Shown here piece after piece: positions 1-13,766 of a DNA stretch of 64,000 nt (the stretch's first letter is position 1; each line of letters opens with the position of its first letter). The stretch is from positions 186,001 through 250,000 of the forward strand of contig RSEE01000007.1 in the NCBI GenBank assembly GCA_003971905.1, read 5' to 3'. The notes under the pieces are model-generated. The model saw nothing but the letters and a program-made list of their open reading frames with translations. It was not told the DNA's origin and did no database searches. Both the position numbers and the translations under genes were made by a program. The stretch is from Moniliella sp. 'wahieum'. Lineage: Eukaryota.

Positions 1-1973
1 CCTCCTCGTCCTCGACCATCACAGCTAGTGCGTTTGCATCGGGCTCTCAAAGGCCATTGGACTCCAGTTCTCTCATCACACATAGCATCGCTGTATCCTC
101 TTAGCATTTGAAGCTGTAGGGGGATACATATCTTCGCGAAACCGACTCGCTCGCTCAGGGTTTGCTATAATAGCTTCTCGACACTGACCAAGAAGCCAAC
201 GGCCTCTCTTTGGCTTCCGTCTTTTCCTTCCAAATGTTTGGATGTAGCGCAAATTTTGCTTACGAGTGAGCGTGGTGGGCATGCAATATGAGAGTGAGAA
301 AAACGCAGCTCCAGTAGTAAAACTCTTTGGCAGGCTTCTTTTATATAGTGGTCAACCTTTTGGCTGTCTTTTTTTCGAATGGCGTTGCACTTGTGTCGTA
401 CCCTAGTGTCGTCGTGGTCAGAGGAAAGAATGAGTCTGGAGTGCATTCGTGGCATTAGGCGTTTACTGTTTTGCCTCAACATGCGAAATAAACAGCACTC
501 GTTGTAACAGTAGGGCTAAACGAAGAGGGAGACCAAGGTCCTGTCAGAGGCGGGGGGAAAGGCAAGATCGTTCGTGGGAGGAAACAGAAGGCATCAGGCA
601 GAGAACAGAAGCAAAAGGGAAGGGAAGAGCGAGAGACACAGGATGCAGAATTGGAAATTGGAGCGAGCTTAGTCATTCGGTGACACTCGTTCTCCCTATG
701 TTCTCCATGAGTGGACATCTTCTCCTGATCTGACGTGCCACACCATGTGTGCCACACCTTCCGGAAGCTTGACTCCCTTGTTGGCTTTCCTCGTCCTCTC
801 GAGTTCGTCATTTTGTGGTCCACCTCTATCCCTAATCCACAACAAAGACCTACATTGGTGCCATCTTCAAAAGCTCATTCTCCCAATGGGCTTGTCTTCC
901 CCATATCTTTTTCCGAGTAGGATTGCTCATAGGCACGCTGCCACATATCCCCAAGTCTGTGTCTATACACAGCCTTTCCACACAAGTCGACGCTTCTTCT
1001 GCGGAGTGTACTAATAGGTCTCACCTTGTCCCCAGCATCATGTTCGGATTCATCTCCGAACAGAAAAGGACAAACTCCCGTGAGTGTGCTTTCCATGCTC
1101 TCATAGATTTGGGCAATTCCGAGAGACGCCAACAACCAACACATGCCGGATGAGCGGGTCGCGGTTTAAACGGAGCGTTACTTTGCCCCAGCCATAAAAG
1201 CACTGTCAATGATATGGTTGGTGAGTGGATGGCGGATGTTTCGGCATTCACATCCCCAGCGCCTTTTCAAGAGGGCTATAGAGAGGGAGGGTAAACAGGT
1301 GAAGAGCTTTGTATGTACATTGCATTCGGGCCCGAAAAGCCACATAGAATTCATACCGTCGGCATTCCTGCGCAACACGCAACTCATCTTCAGTTCTCTG
1401 TCAACAATTTACCGCGTACCCACTCTGGACTGTCGATGAGATGTCTTGCCCACTATAGTCTCCGTGTTGTTCCCTAAGAGAAGGTGTAGACAACTAATAT
1501 ACTAATCTAGCCAGAGTTCATTGTGTCAAGTGCCAGGGACTGGAAGGCATCTCACTACTGTGTGCAGAGGTCCGCAAAATCCACACACCTTCATATTTTC
1601 CTGCTGGACGTCGGAGACTGTGTTGGGGGGGAAAGGGCGTGGGAAGGACGCGCAGCATGGACCACACGTAGAGGGGAGTGCGCCGATGCTTTTGATTGGC
1701 GAGAGCACAGAAGGAGGATGAGGAGCCAGACTGGTATGGCCATCGATCGTCATGCATTTTGATGCAGTATGGTGCGACGGATCCAGATCTGGTTGATGAG
1801 ATGATCATCGAGATCATATCGACGGTATCGATCACCGGGGTGGGAGGGCCAGGTGACCGGTGATGCAGGTGATGTGATGTAGACACGGCCGCCGGCAAGC
1901 AATAGGACGCTCGCTTGCAGCGGCCAACCCCCCGCGTCCGCCGCCACCACCCTCTCCCTTGCTGCCGCCCTCC

Positions 1974-4918
1974 ATGTCCTCCCCCCGCCCGGCGGGCCCG
2001 GATGGGCGAGGCATTGCCGGCAGCAGCAGCAGCAGCAGCAGCAGCGGGAGCGCCGCCGCCACCCCCTCCCCTTACGACTACCACCACTACATCGCCCTCT
2101 ACCTCGACGCCCACAAGCTTCCGCCGTCCGCATGGCGATACGCCTACGCCTTCTGGCTCACAGTCGCAGCCTGTGCGCTTCTCGAGGGTCTCCGCCTCGC
2201 CCTCGGTCCCCGTCTTTCCTTCACCGCTTCCGCCACGTGGTGGCGCAAACACGTCTCTCGCCCCTCGCCTCGTCCATCCCGCTGGCGTCGCCCAGCCATT
2301 GCCTCGCTCCTCCTCCCCGCCGCCCTGACGCTGCTGCTCATCCTCCTCACGCTCATTGGCGCTGATTACCCCGACCCACACACCTCCGCATGGGAACTGG
2401 CTGCCGCATTTCCCTCTTCTTCCCACACCCAGCCTCTCCGCCCTCCGGGCACGGGTCCTGCACGCCGCACCATCGCTTGGACCCAAGGATCCTACCCCCC
2501 CGTCACTACTGCTGCCCCAACGCAGGCCTTGGCATATCGCACCTGGTGGACAGTGGGTGGCCGGCTGGGTGTGTTGACAAACGCGCTGGCCCCTCTTGTT
2601 GTCCTACTTGCGCTGCGGCAAGTCCCGTTTGCTCTACTGTCCTTTCGTATTTGGGGCGAATGCGTTTGATCGTCTGGCAAGCCTCCACGCATATGCCGGT
2701 CATCTCCTTTGGGTCGTCGCTACGGCGCATACCATCCCATGGATTGTCCAAGTGTCCAAAGATGGTTACGGGGACAAAAAGGTGATCAGTTTTGCACTTG
2801 TCTGGACGCGCTTCCGCTGGGCCATCGTTTCCTACGGCTTCCTTACTCTCTTGGTGTTGCTCTCCCTTCCTATCGTTCGTCGCAAGGCGTATGAGTTCTT
2901 CTACATCTCCCATCTGGTCTGCATCGTCGGCTTCCTCGTCGCGGGCGCATTGCATCACCCACCCTTAGCACCCTGGCTCTGGACTGCCTTACTTTGGTGG
3001 CTTGCAGAACGCATCCTTCGCGCCATCAAGGGCATCTGGATCAACGCCCCGTTCTTTATCCCTGAATATACCCCCGTTCACGAGGAGGAACCCAAACTCC
3101 CCAATCCAGGCGAAGCGTATCCTATGAAGCCGGTTCCGCAACCAGCACCAGCCGTACCAGCTGCTCCAGTTCCACTGCCAGCGCCGCGGCGAGCAGAGGG
3201 AGGGTTGAGGGTGGTCATTCCCTCCCTGCCACCTCAAGTGGGGTCCAACACAAGTCAGACGCTGCACCCCATTCCCACATCCGTTCCAATTACCTCTCCG
3301 GCACGCTCCCCACAACTATGCGAAAAGAAAAGGAGTACGAGGAGATTGATGCGCTTATTTCGGAGTATGGGGTGATCAGCCCCCACCATGTGCACGAGGT
3401 CATTCAGCTGGAGGACCCCGAAGCAGCTGGGGCTAACTTCTCGGTTCCAGCACCTAACCCCCGTGCTGCCGCACGCATTCTTCCCATACCACCTACGATT
3501 GCAGCAGAACTGCAACCAGGCTGGGCCTATGCGCAGGTCTTGCCTGGGCAAACCATCCGACTTACACTGCGCCTAGTTCATCCGCTTCCTTGGTATCCGG
3601 GGCAGTGGATCTCTTTATGCATCCCGGAGGTGAGTAGGCTACAATCTCACCCCTTCACCATCGCCTCGGCTGTAGAGAGTGCAGCGTTCGCGCCCCATGC
3701 CCAGCCAGCGGGACCTGTCCCGGTAGTGTACCAGGATGGCTTGACTTGTCTTGCTCATTCGTGCCCGCCAAGGCTTCACCCGCTCCTTGTACAACCTCGT
3801 TCCCAAAACGACCATCGGCACTCATCTCCGTGCGCTAATCGATGGGCCCTTTGGCTCATCACCCCGTGTCGACTGGGGAGCTCACCACACTACCGTCGTC
3901 ATCTGCTGGGAGTGGCGTAGCATATGGTATTGCTTCCCTTCAGTATCTCTGTGCTGGGATGCTCAAGGCAGTCCAGACTCCCCTAGCTGCCGCAACGGGT
4001 GCGAATACGCTCCCGGCTGCGAGGGCCGTGGCGGCGCTACTGGGCGTGCCTGCGTTGCCTGTCGGCGCGGCACGCAAACACGAATGGAAGACGAATCAAG
4101 TGCACTTTGTCTGGATTATGCGCGATCTTGCCCACCTTCTGTGGGCGGCCACTCCCCTGCGGCGGTGCATCGAGGCGCTGCCGCCGAATGTGCTTAAAGT
4201 GGATCTGTACGTGACGGGATTGAGCAAGGAGTGACTGGGCCGGTTTCCCTGGGCGCCGGGTACACCGATGGTGCCCCTTCCTCTTCCTTGCTCAATGCCT
4301 TCTTTGTCTGGGTCGGGATCTACGATCAACCTCTCCTTCCCTTCCAGCCCACCGCCCTTTTCCCGCATCGCCACCCCAGTATCTGAGGTGGGTCTGACAG
4401 ACTTTGAGGGCGAAGATGCAAGACCAGACCAAGTGGATGTGGGACTGAACCAAGCGTTATATTCCGAGGGTAAGCTGCGCAGAGCGCGCACTCGTAAAGC
4501 GACCTCAAGCGGGCCAAGAAACCCGGTCACAATGGCAAGGACGCCAACCTCAACGGTCAAACCTTCTCGCCCCACTTTTCTCCGGCGCGCGAGGGGCAAC
4601 GGATCGTGCACGAGGGCCGCAGCGCACGTGCAGCAATGTTCCCCTTTTCCTCGGACTTGCCCCTGGCCAAGGAGGAGGAAGAGGATGCCCACGTCCTTGC
4701 TGAGCTCGCGCATCCAGGACGGCCAGACTTGGACCGCGTCGTACTTGAGGCTGTGCAGGGCAGCACAGGTCCGACGTTGGTCACCGCCTGTGGCCCACCC
4801 ATCCTGGCGCGTGCGGTTCGGATCGCCGCAGCCCATGCCTCCGACCCTACGGGTTTGGAACGGCGACTCGCGTGGCGTGGTGCAGATCCAAGTGGAAAGC
4901 TTTACTTGGGGGGGGTAA
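1974..4918 (+). CDS. Ferric reductase-like transmembrane oxidoreductase (FRE/NOX superfamily), split over several frames
   Basis: Motifs in the expected order across ORFs 1959-2669, 2596-3375, 3318-3920, 3751-4197, 3842-4234 and 4606-: heme-ligand helices (LHAYAGHLLW; YEFFYISHLV...ALHHP), FAD-binding PGQWISL...HPFTIAS, LIDGPFG, GSGVAYG, VHFVWIMRD, GRPDL, TACGPP and terminal ESFTW. Confidence 0.9.
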
Positions 4919-5931
4919 GATCCCTGCCTTCCTGCCTCCGCATTATACCTAGGAGACGTTCTTCTCCGTCTCTCCTCGTGCTTTTGTGTACATTACATCC
5001 CCTCTCTTTGTTTTTAAACTGTATCCCCTGTCCCTCATTCCTTTCCCCCCGTCGGCCCAGTTCTTCCATGTACCTGTTCATCATAGTCGTTATATGTGTA
5101 TCCGCCACCCTCTTTTCTCTTCACATGTACTCCGATTTGACTGTACACTCCTTTGCGCCTTTGCGCCTTTTGCGCCTTTGGTTCCGTTTGCCAGGCCTTG
5201 TCGCGGGGAGGGTGTTTGTCGTGCCTTTACGTATCCCTCCTACATCCCGCGGAATATCCTGATCTGGCCACTCGATTCGTTTGTCGGTCGCCTACAAGTA
5301 TGGACACTTTCCTTTGGTGGAATTCGATCGTTAGTTATTGTGTTGTGTGTGAGAGCAGGCGAGCAAATGCAGAGCCTGGGGTAGCTCGCTCAGACGTGTA
5401 TAGGCACGTTCAACGTTCAACGTTCACACAGGACAGAAGAGGCTGGCATCTCGAGACTGAAGCTGCGGACACTGTTGGGCCCATGGCAGTGCACTGGGCA
5501 CAGAGGAGACTATACCTATACTACTTTGCACCAGGCCAGTGTTTCCAGGGAGTCACTCTTATCCCCACGGAGGGGCAGTACTTGCCGAGTTGAGTCAGAG
5601 CAGCGCGGTGCTTCTCACAGAGGGTCGAGGATCGATTATTATCACCAGCGATATAATCGCTTTATCACTCAAAAGCAGGCCAGGGCGGCCCCAGGCAGGA
5701 CGTCAGTGTGGGGACGGGTGGCGATCATAACCGAGTATCAGTCGATCCGCCGGGAGCAGATGCTAATACCCTCTGTATACGAAGAGTTGAGCGTATCACC
5801 AATACTATATAGCCACCGAACCAGCCGCCGTCTCTTCTTGGAATTATCTTCCCCTGCCCCCCTTTCGCCATAACCGGTTTTGTTCTTTTCTCTTCTTCTG
5901 TCCCCACCTCCAACCCCCCTACCACCTTCTA

Positions 5932-7192
5932 ATGTCGTCTGCAGCTCCCAACCCCTTTGTACGCAGGTCAGGTATGTGTCTCTTCTTTCCCTAAATACCC
6001 TCCCCCACCACATGTGACTTTTGCCCTTTCTTTCGTGTTCAGCAAGTGTGGACTGTGTGTAGGGTCTTCGCCTCAGACTGTTTTTTTGCTAACCATCACG
6101 ATGATCTTTCCCGTCGCATGGACCAATATGTTTGCTTCCTCATATTTGCCGCAACCATTATTAGGTCTTGCTCAACGCTTCCTCGCCCTGCCTCAGGGCC
6201 CCAAGATCCAGGCAGAATACATCTGGATCGATGGCTTTGGCGACATCCGCAGCAAAACAGCGGCACTCGACCATGCCGTCGAGTCGCTCGCCGATCTGAA
6301 AGAGTGGAACTTTGACGGTTCTTCCACCAACCAGGCCCCTGGAGGTAACTCTGACGTCTACCTTCGTCCCGCTGCATTCTATCCGACCCATTCCGCGGCG
6401 GGGCGAACGTGATGTGTTGGCCGAGTGTTACGACAACGACGGTGCTCCCAACCAGTTCAACCATCGGTATGCTGCCAAGAAAATTTGGACCAGGTCGCAC
6501 AGGCCGAACCGTGGTTTGGAATTGAGCAGGAGTATTCGCTTCTAGGTGAGGATGGGCGTCCGCTGGGATGGCCCCCGCACGGCTTCCTGCCCCGCAGGGG
6601 CCTTACTACTGTGGTGTTGGCGCCGGTAAGGTGGTCGCGCGTGACCTGATCGAATCGCATTATCGCGCCTGCCTCTACGCCGGCATCACCATCTCGTATC
6701 AATGCTGAGGTCAAGCCAGCCCAGTGGGAGTTCCAAGTCGGTCCCTGTCTCGGCATCGCGATGGGCGACGAGCTGGTGGTGGCTCGGTACCTGCTTCTCC
6801 GTGTGGCCGAGAGTGGGGGGTTAAGGTTACCTTTCACCCTAAAGCGGTATCCGGGGACTGGAACGGCGCTGGAGCTCATACCAATTACTCCACCCTGGCC
6901 ATGCGTACCGAGGGCGGCATCAAGGCGATTGAAGAAGCGATGCCAAACTTGGTCGCCGGCACAATGAGCACATTGCCGTTATGGCACGGACAATGACAAA
7001 CGTCTTACTGGCCGCACGAGACAGGCCACATTGGTCACTTTTCCTATGGCGTGGCCAACCGGGGTGCTTCAATCCGTATCCCGCGCAGCGTAGCTGCCGA
7101 GGGCAAGGGGTACCTCGAGGACCGCCGTCCTGCTTCCAACATTGATCCTTACCAAGTGACTGGCATCATTGCCGCGACAACGCTGCTGCTAG
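5932..7192 (+). CDS. GLN1: Glutamine synthetase (eukaryotic type II)
   Basis: [50 protein letters not shown] and [31 protein letters not shown] 5932 joins in frame through a GTATGT..TAG intron at 5972-6164 ([25 protein letters not shown]). Several 1-nt frameshifts; 3' end approximate. Confidence 0.95.
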
Positions 7193-7866
7193 ACCGCTGG
7201 CGGGTAAGAGTTTCGCGTTTTAGCAATGGTAACACACTACTGATGAGATCACGGAGAGCCCCCCTCCTGTTGTTTTGGCTCTTTCTTCTGCGTTTCGCTG
7301 CCTTCACAGTGGTATGCGCGACAACCTGCACATATCTCTTGAGACTGTATGGATTTCTGCAAGTATATGCTCTTTCTCTTGTTTTCTACACTCTGTTCGG
7401 TCTTCAGTAGCTGTTTGTTGGTAGGAAAGGTCCATCTCCCCTTTCAGCTGTGGTCCTTTTGGCAATAGAAGACCAATTGAACGAAAAGGCCTGGAGCTCA
7501 AGCAGAGGGCATGTGGAGAGACTACTTCACCGTACCCGGGCTTGATCCTATTCGAATATGTGCTACCGCCAGCGCCACTGATAGGGGCGGCGCTAAGCTT
7601 ACCCTGCTGCGGCCGATGCCGGGCTGAGGCCACCACGTGACGGTGGCGGCAGCGGTGACAAAAGCGCGGACATAATGCGTACGGCACAAACATACGAGGG
7701 AGGGCAATATTTCAGCGCGGCTGCGCTGTCAGCCGCTCAGCTCAGCCAAGCTCGGTGGCTTCGGCTAGGGAGTGGCAGCGCTTATTAGCGCCTGGCGCTT
7801 ATCGCCTATCGCCGGCTCGCCAAGGCCACCGCGTCCTCGGCCGCCTCGCTGCTCTTCGCCACCACC

Positions 7867-9941
7867 ATGACCGCTGCTCCCCACCCCGCTTCTCTGCCCA
7901 GCATGGCGTCCAGCGAAGACCGCTTCCGCTACCACCTTTCCCTCGAGCTCCGTCGCCATGGCATCGAGCCCACTCCTGCCCTCGTCGATACGGCGCTGCG
8001 CACACACCGTGCCAACATTGCTGCCAGCGCCAATGCGGCTTCGAGTGCCCCGCACCCCCACCACCGCCATCAACAGCAACAACCACAGCAGCCCTGATTG
8101 CAAGCGTACCTCTACACTACTAATACCACTCCTGAGGTTTCATCCGAGAAGCTGGCGCTGGCTGCCGACGCCCCCACCTTGTCGCCTTCGAGTGCTTCTG
8201 AATCTGGTGATGCCCCTACTCCGTCCTACGACCGGAGTTTCGTTCGTATATCAACGATCTTGGTATGCCCGAGCCCGCACAAGCTCATTCTCCTTTGTCC
8301 AGTTTACAAACTTTCACCAAGATCAAGCAAGAGTCTCCGTTTCCTTGCCCCATCGGCTTTGGATGACTCCAATCCCTTCTTCCATGACATTGATTTCATT
8401 GACCTGGGCGCTTGACCGTGCTCCTTCCCCTCGTCCCTCGGCTTGATCCTCCTTTGCCACCCATCATTGGAAGAGCCACAGTTTTGTCTCCTACTGAGTG
8501 CGATCCTCCTCAGCCCCCCACCATACAATCTGGATCCGAACCCACATTCGGGTTTCAAGTCAGAGGATACACCCATGGAGGAGGCAATCCCTTTCCTGGC
8601 CTCAGCACCCCTGGAACCTGCGTCTGTCCCAGACATGCACCCCTCCAGCATCAGTTCCACACTGGACCCCACCTCGATTGATCCCGTTTGGTGCAAATGA
8701 CGATAGCTGAGCAAATCAACCTGCAACTCCAAGTCCTACAAGAGCTCCAATCGCAAAGCAGCGACCAAAGTGTACCTTCCCCGCGACATTGCCAACGGAG
8801 CCAGTGCCCTCCACTTTGGCCACTGTGGCTGACAACCTTGCCCTCGATCCCATCCCCCCCGTCTTCAAGGCCTCTCGATGGTGCGAGATCCCTCCCCTGC
8901 GAGCGCACCCTCGCATCGCGCGCCGGGCATTCCTGCCTCCATGTCTTCCTTGGCTTTGGGGGACCGTCCGAGTGTGGCAGAGTACAAGGCCATGTCGTCC
9001 AAGGAGAAACGACAACTGCGCAACAAAATCTCGGCGCGCAATTTCCGCGAGCGGAGGAAAGGGTACATCACCCAGCTGGAGGACGTGCTGGCCCAACGGG
9101 ACGCTGCAATCGAGAGCCTTAAATCGGATAACACGACTCTGAAGATGGAAAACCAGCGCCTCAAAGCGCTGCTTGAGTTGCACCAGATTGACACCTCCCT
9201 CTCGCCTGATGCTACTGGTGCTTCATTAGCATCATCTCATGCGGCATCGGTAAAAGCCTCTGCTACTGCCTCCGCTCCGGCTCCGGCGCCAACACCCAAG
9301 GGCCAACCTGATGTGACGAAGATTCTAGAGCTCCTGCGTCGGGGCCAATCCCAGGCTGCCCCACCCTTCTCGCACCGAGACTCCTCGTGTGTCTCGGCAG
9401 TCGTCGAGCCAAGGCTTGGAGGTTACATCGTTTTCTCTTTCGACGCTCAACATCCCTCTTGCTTCCGGCCCTTCGAGCCCTCTTGCGCTCACATCTTCAC
9501 CCACGCCCCGCTTTGCCGAGCCAATGATCAACACCAAAAAGGATGTTGCCTACCCCTCCACGCCGCGCACCCTGGGCCGCACCCAATCGTTTTTTGCCGG
9601 TCGCTCCAATGGCTCATCAGGCTCGTTCGCTGCGCCCATCACCCAAGTGCATTCGATGTTTGCACCTCCATTGCCGCCCGGGCCATTCCAACAATGCGCT
9701 GGCTGATCTGAGGCGCACATTCGATGCCAAGGTTTCGCAAGCTCACGCCCACGCTCGCTCTTGCGACGCACGCCTCCGCTCTCTCGCCGTCCATGCTGCA
9801 GCCGAGTGTGTTGCAGACGCACAGCAACCCGTTACCCCCTCCTCCACGGACGGGCTGCCGTCATACGGTGAGGCACTGCGGTCGTCGGTGTTGTACGAAG
9901 GCCCTACTTCCGAAACCCATTGCTATCTTACCGCACCTTGA
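7867..9941 (+). CDS. bZIP transcription factor
   Basis: Basic region plus leucine heptads: SSKEKRQLRNKISARNFRERRKGYITQLEDVLAQRDAAIESLKSDNTTLKMENQRLKALL (about 8995-9177). Flanks are S/P-rich and frameshifted; both ends approximate. Confidence 0.85.
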
Positions 9942-10900
9942 TCGATTGATGATAATTGTGCGGCTCCACCATTACCGAGCTCGCTCAGCTTCTCGTCCCA
10001 TGTTCCTGTACTTTACCCACTTTCCTACGATCCTGTTTTATCTCGAGGGTTTACTTTGACATACGGACGGTGCGTAGGTACATTGCGGGTATGCTCCATT
10101 GCAGAGGAAGAAGGCGGTGCATAGTATGGGAGGTGGCCATGTCAGAGGGATCAGACGGCCGCTAGTTGGCCACTGGGAGGGCCGATTGGGAAGGAGGAGG
10201 GGAGAGGGGAGGGAGAAAGTATGATGACATAGGGACACGTAAAGAAGAACAGGTGGCTTTAATGCCTTTCCAGAGGTCCAGGTAGAGGGGGCGTCGGGTT
10301 TCCGCTTTGCAAAGGCCAACGGAACATGAGGGGGAGGAAGAAGAGTGAGGAGGAAGTAAGATCCCCGAGGGCGAGGGAAGTTGTGACCTGAAAACGGATA
10401 TAGCGCCAAAAAGTGCTGCTCGACACCCCAGATTCATCGCAGCGCCATGGCCAAAGCAGGGATGAGGCCGCAGTTTGTCAATCCAATGTTCATCGGGTCT
10501 TCCCGCTGCATCAGCGCTCATGGCAGCAGATGCAGAACGCAGAACGCGTTTTTCTTTTCAGAATGCGTGTCGGGCACCCTCCTGCTTGTTACGAGGGGGG
10601 GAGAAGGGAAAGGGATTGGAGAAAGGCAAGGAAGGGAGGGGACGGAATGAAATGCAAGCGTAGCGTTGTTGGGAATCGCCCCCTATGCCCATTCTTTAGT
10701 CCACTTGTTGTGCGCCATTGTGTTGTGGTTCAACGTATTGCTTTAATCAGCGTGAGCAGATGAACCATCAAGTGATGCCTCTGATCGAGGATTCTGAGTT
10801 CATAACACTGCCTAAGCTCTTCCTCACGAGCCTCAGCGACTCAACCATTCACGATCGAGTTCCAGCAAGTTCAACGTTGTCACTGATCCATTGTTTCCTA

Positions 10901-11702
10901 CTAGCTTACAACTCGTCTGTATTCTCGTTCCCGGAAGGGTCGGTGCGCCGCTCGAGCCACAATCTGCCCATCGCGCCTGCCCACCCACATCCTTGTCCCA
11001 GCGCTCCGTACCGCGCGCCTGTGGCCCAGCGAGGGTAACATGCAGTCGTGCAGGCATCCACGCAGGCTCGGACACCGGAGGTGCATCTCCGCCCCACGGG
11101 CGGCGGGCGGAAGCGGCAAAGGGGGAGGGGCGATGTGGAGGGCAAGGTGCCACTCCAGCCAGGCTGCCGGGCCCATCGCCCTCATCTCGCCCCCTCCCTT
11201 GCGGCTCGGTTCTCCCAGCTGAGCCACGAGTTGCTGCGCGGTGGTATGCGGGGTCAAGAGTAACGTGTGTACGGCGCCAGCGCCCTGTTGCGGCTCGGTC
11301 CGCACTGTCAATACCAGGGGGCTAAGGGGACAGGGGACAGAAGATTGAGCGCATCGAGGCGCAGCTGGCCATTCAGGCTGCGGCCGACGTGCCACTCGAT
11401 GCCGTAGCCGGGCAAGGTCAGCACCCAAGACCCATCTGGCTGGTGGTCCGACTGAAGTGCGAGCGAGCGCGGAGGAGCGGCGGCGGCAGAGGCGGCGGCG
11501 GCGAGATGAGCGAGAAGCTGAAGGGCGAGCACCAAGGCGCCACTGCTGGGGGAGTGGGACTGGGCTTCCGGTGCCGGCGGGGGAAGCCAGGGCGCGAGGA
11601 AGGCAGCAAGGAGGATGTTGGTGGGGCCGGGGGGGCTCGGCTGGGGCGGCATCGGCGTCGGAGTCCGCGGGCAGAGGAGCTGGCCGGTGCCGGTGCCTCC
11701 AT
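10901..11702 (-). CDS. Hypothetical protein, probably conserved in basidiomycetes
   Basis: Protein-like segments join across frames: LPGYGIEWHV..LRLDALNL, TTAQQLVAQLGEPSRKGGG..AAWLEW, LAGPQARGTERWDKDVGGQARW. I recall a similar LGEP.RKGGG..W.EW motif in uncharacterised fungal proteins (not verified). Confidence 0.55.
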
Positions 11703-12118
11703 TAATCAACTCAGCCTTCGCTTCATAGTCGTGCCAGTCAGCCCTGCCACACACGTGACAGGTCACGTGATGATCTGTTTGCCAAGCTGCAGGGAGAGTG
11801 CGGGCGCCCGAACACAGGTGCTGTGCCCTGCCATGCCCAGCCGCCGCCCCGGGGCGGAACCAGCTGCGGGAACGACAGCTGTCACGCGGTCCGGGGAGGC
11901 ACAGAGGCAGTGTGGCAGCGGCTTCACAATCACTCAGTGGCTCAGAGCTCAGGCTCAGGCCTCGGCCTCAGGGCCCAGCCGCTCAGGTACTCAGGACTCC
12001 GTAGACCAGCCCAGGCAGAACGCCCCCGCGCCCGCATTTGCTCGCCCCCCCCCCCACCACCTCCACCTCCCCCTTCCCCCGCCCCTACTGGCGCACCCTC
12101 CCGCTCTCTTTCGCGCGC

Positions 12119-13766
12119 ATGCGCACACACTCACTCCTCATTGCGGCTGCTGCCGCGCCAGCCTGGCGGCAGCGGCTGACCCGCTCGCCCTTCCCCCGCC
12201 CGCGCCATGCACCTCTCCTCTCTCGACCCACACAACAAAGCCAAACGCTTCCACAAACGCCTCCTCGGTGGGTTCGGTGGCCTTGGCTTTGGATCTGGCG
12301 ACGATTCCGGCTCTGGTGCTGGCACCTCATCCGCTTCCCCCCACGGGTACTCTGCCGCCGGGCACTCTAGCGCCGGTGGCCAGCACGCCAGCAGCACCGC
12401 CTCGCTGCTTCCACCGCTGGTTCCGGGGGAGGCAGCGGCGATGGCAGCGGATCTGCCTCCACCTCGGATGACGGCCATAACCCCCACTCTTCCACCGGGT
12501 CCTCTTCCTCTCATGTGGCCAGCGCCACGCATACCACGTCCATGCAGGGCTCCGGTTTCCGACTCGGGTTCTGGTTCGGGTGGCTCATCCTTCTCATCTC
12601 TTTCTCCCACTTCGAGCAGCACCAGTCAGACGACGGCGATCACCACCCAAACGGCTTCCGCTACCCTTGCCTCATCAAGCAGCGATGCCGCTGCCTCGGC
12701 CAGCTCCGCCGCCCAAGCCTCGGAAGCGTCGAAACTGTCCGCATCCCACGCCTCGGTCATTGCCTCCTTGGCCAGTGTGTCGAGCGTACTGGCCCAGGAG
12801 TCGGCGATGGCATCGCAGTCGGGGCAGGCAGCCTCTATCTCGTCGCTGGCGCGTCGCTGTCATCGGCAGCCGCCGCGGCCTCTCTCGGCGGAGCAAGCTT
12901 CTTCTCAGTTCTATGCAACCGCCCAGACTGCTGTGACGGTGACTTCGACGCAGTCACAGGCTTCCCGACAGCGACGGGAATTCGCAAAACAAGTCGTCGA
13001 GCAAGACGGGGGTGATTGCGGGCGCGACGATCGGTGGTGCAGTGGGTGCCATCTTGCTTGCAGCACTGCTCTTGGCGTTTCTGTGGTCGCCGTGACGAGA
13101 AGCGGCTTCGAACGACATCCGCTGGCCAGAATGAAGGCGGATCATGACATGACGGGAGCGGCCATGCAGCCCCTTCCGGCCCGCCGGAAGGAGGTGCTGG
13201 ATTTGACATGGGCGAAGAGTCGGATATGAGTTGGATGACGAGGAGGAAGGTGTGGTACAGGATGCTCACCATACCTCGGCACTCATCCCTACGACCATGA
13301 CAATTTCCCCTCGGAAATGGGCGGAGACAAGTACGGTCGGCGCATCCCGCAATGCCGTGCCTTCCACCACTGCCCTGGCCTCGCAAAACTACTCCACTGA
13401 CTACGCCTATGAACAACCATCGGGTGGCGCGACAGGTTTGGATCGTGGCCCTTCAATGGGCGCAGCCACGTCAGTGTCGGGCGCGCACACCTCGAACGCG
13501 AGTGGATACGGTGCGGCAGGCGTGGGCGCAGGTGTGGGCGTCATGCAGCACCCGTATGAACAGACGGCCAACGCAGATGCTTATGCCTACCCGCAACACA
13601 CCCAGATGGGGTACTATGACGGCGCTGGCTACGCTGAGCCTCCTCTGCCCGTAAACCTAGAACCTGGGATGCGGGTCGATGCGCCTACCAGCCTCAATTC
13701 ATGGGCCCGCAGTATTCCGCGGCGGATGCCCAGCCGTATGCCGATCCGTACGGGCGCACCCATTGA
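12119..13766 (+). CDS. Ser/Thr-rich single-pass (type I) membrane protein, Mid2/Wsc-like architecture
   Basis: Signal-like MRTHSLLIAAAAA, KR pairs (KAKRFHKR), long S/T/A-rich ectodomain, TM helix VIAGATIGGAVGAILLAALLLAFLW (about 13012-13086), then IRWPE..QPLPARR and a Tyr/Gly-rich tail. Frameshifted; end approximate. Confidence 0.7.

Noticed and set aside
1..1500. Possible gene start (minus-strand MVEDEE at 19) and short ORFs at 476-1387
   Set aside because: Too little sequence and no recognisable motif; cannot be supported.
11389..12471. 360-aa plus-strand ORF and other long ORFs such as 1518-2486(-), 47421-48470(+), 53888-54769(+) and 56924-57700(-)
   Set aside because: Shadow ORFs antisense to or overlapping real genes; expected in high-GC DNA with few stop codons.
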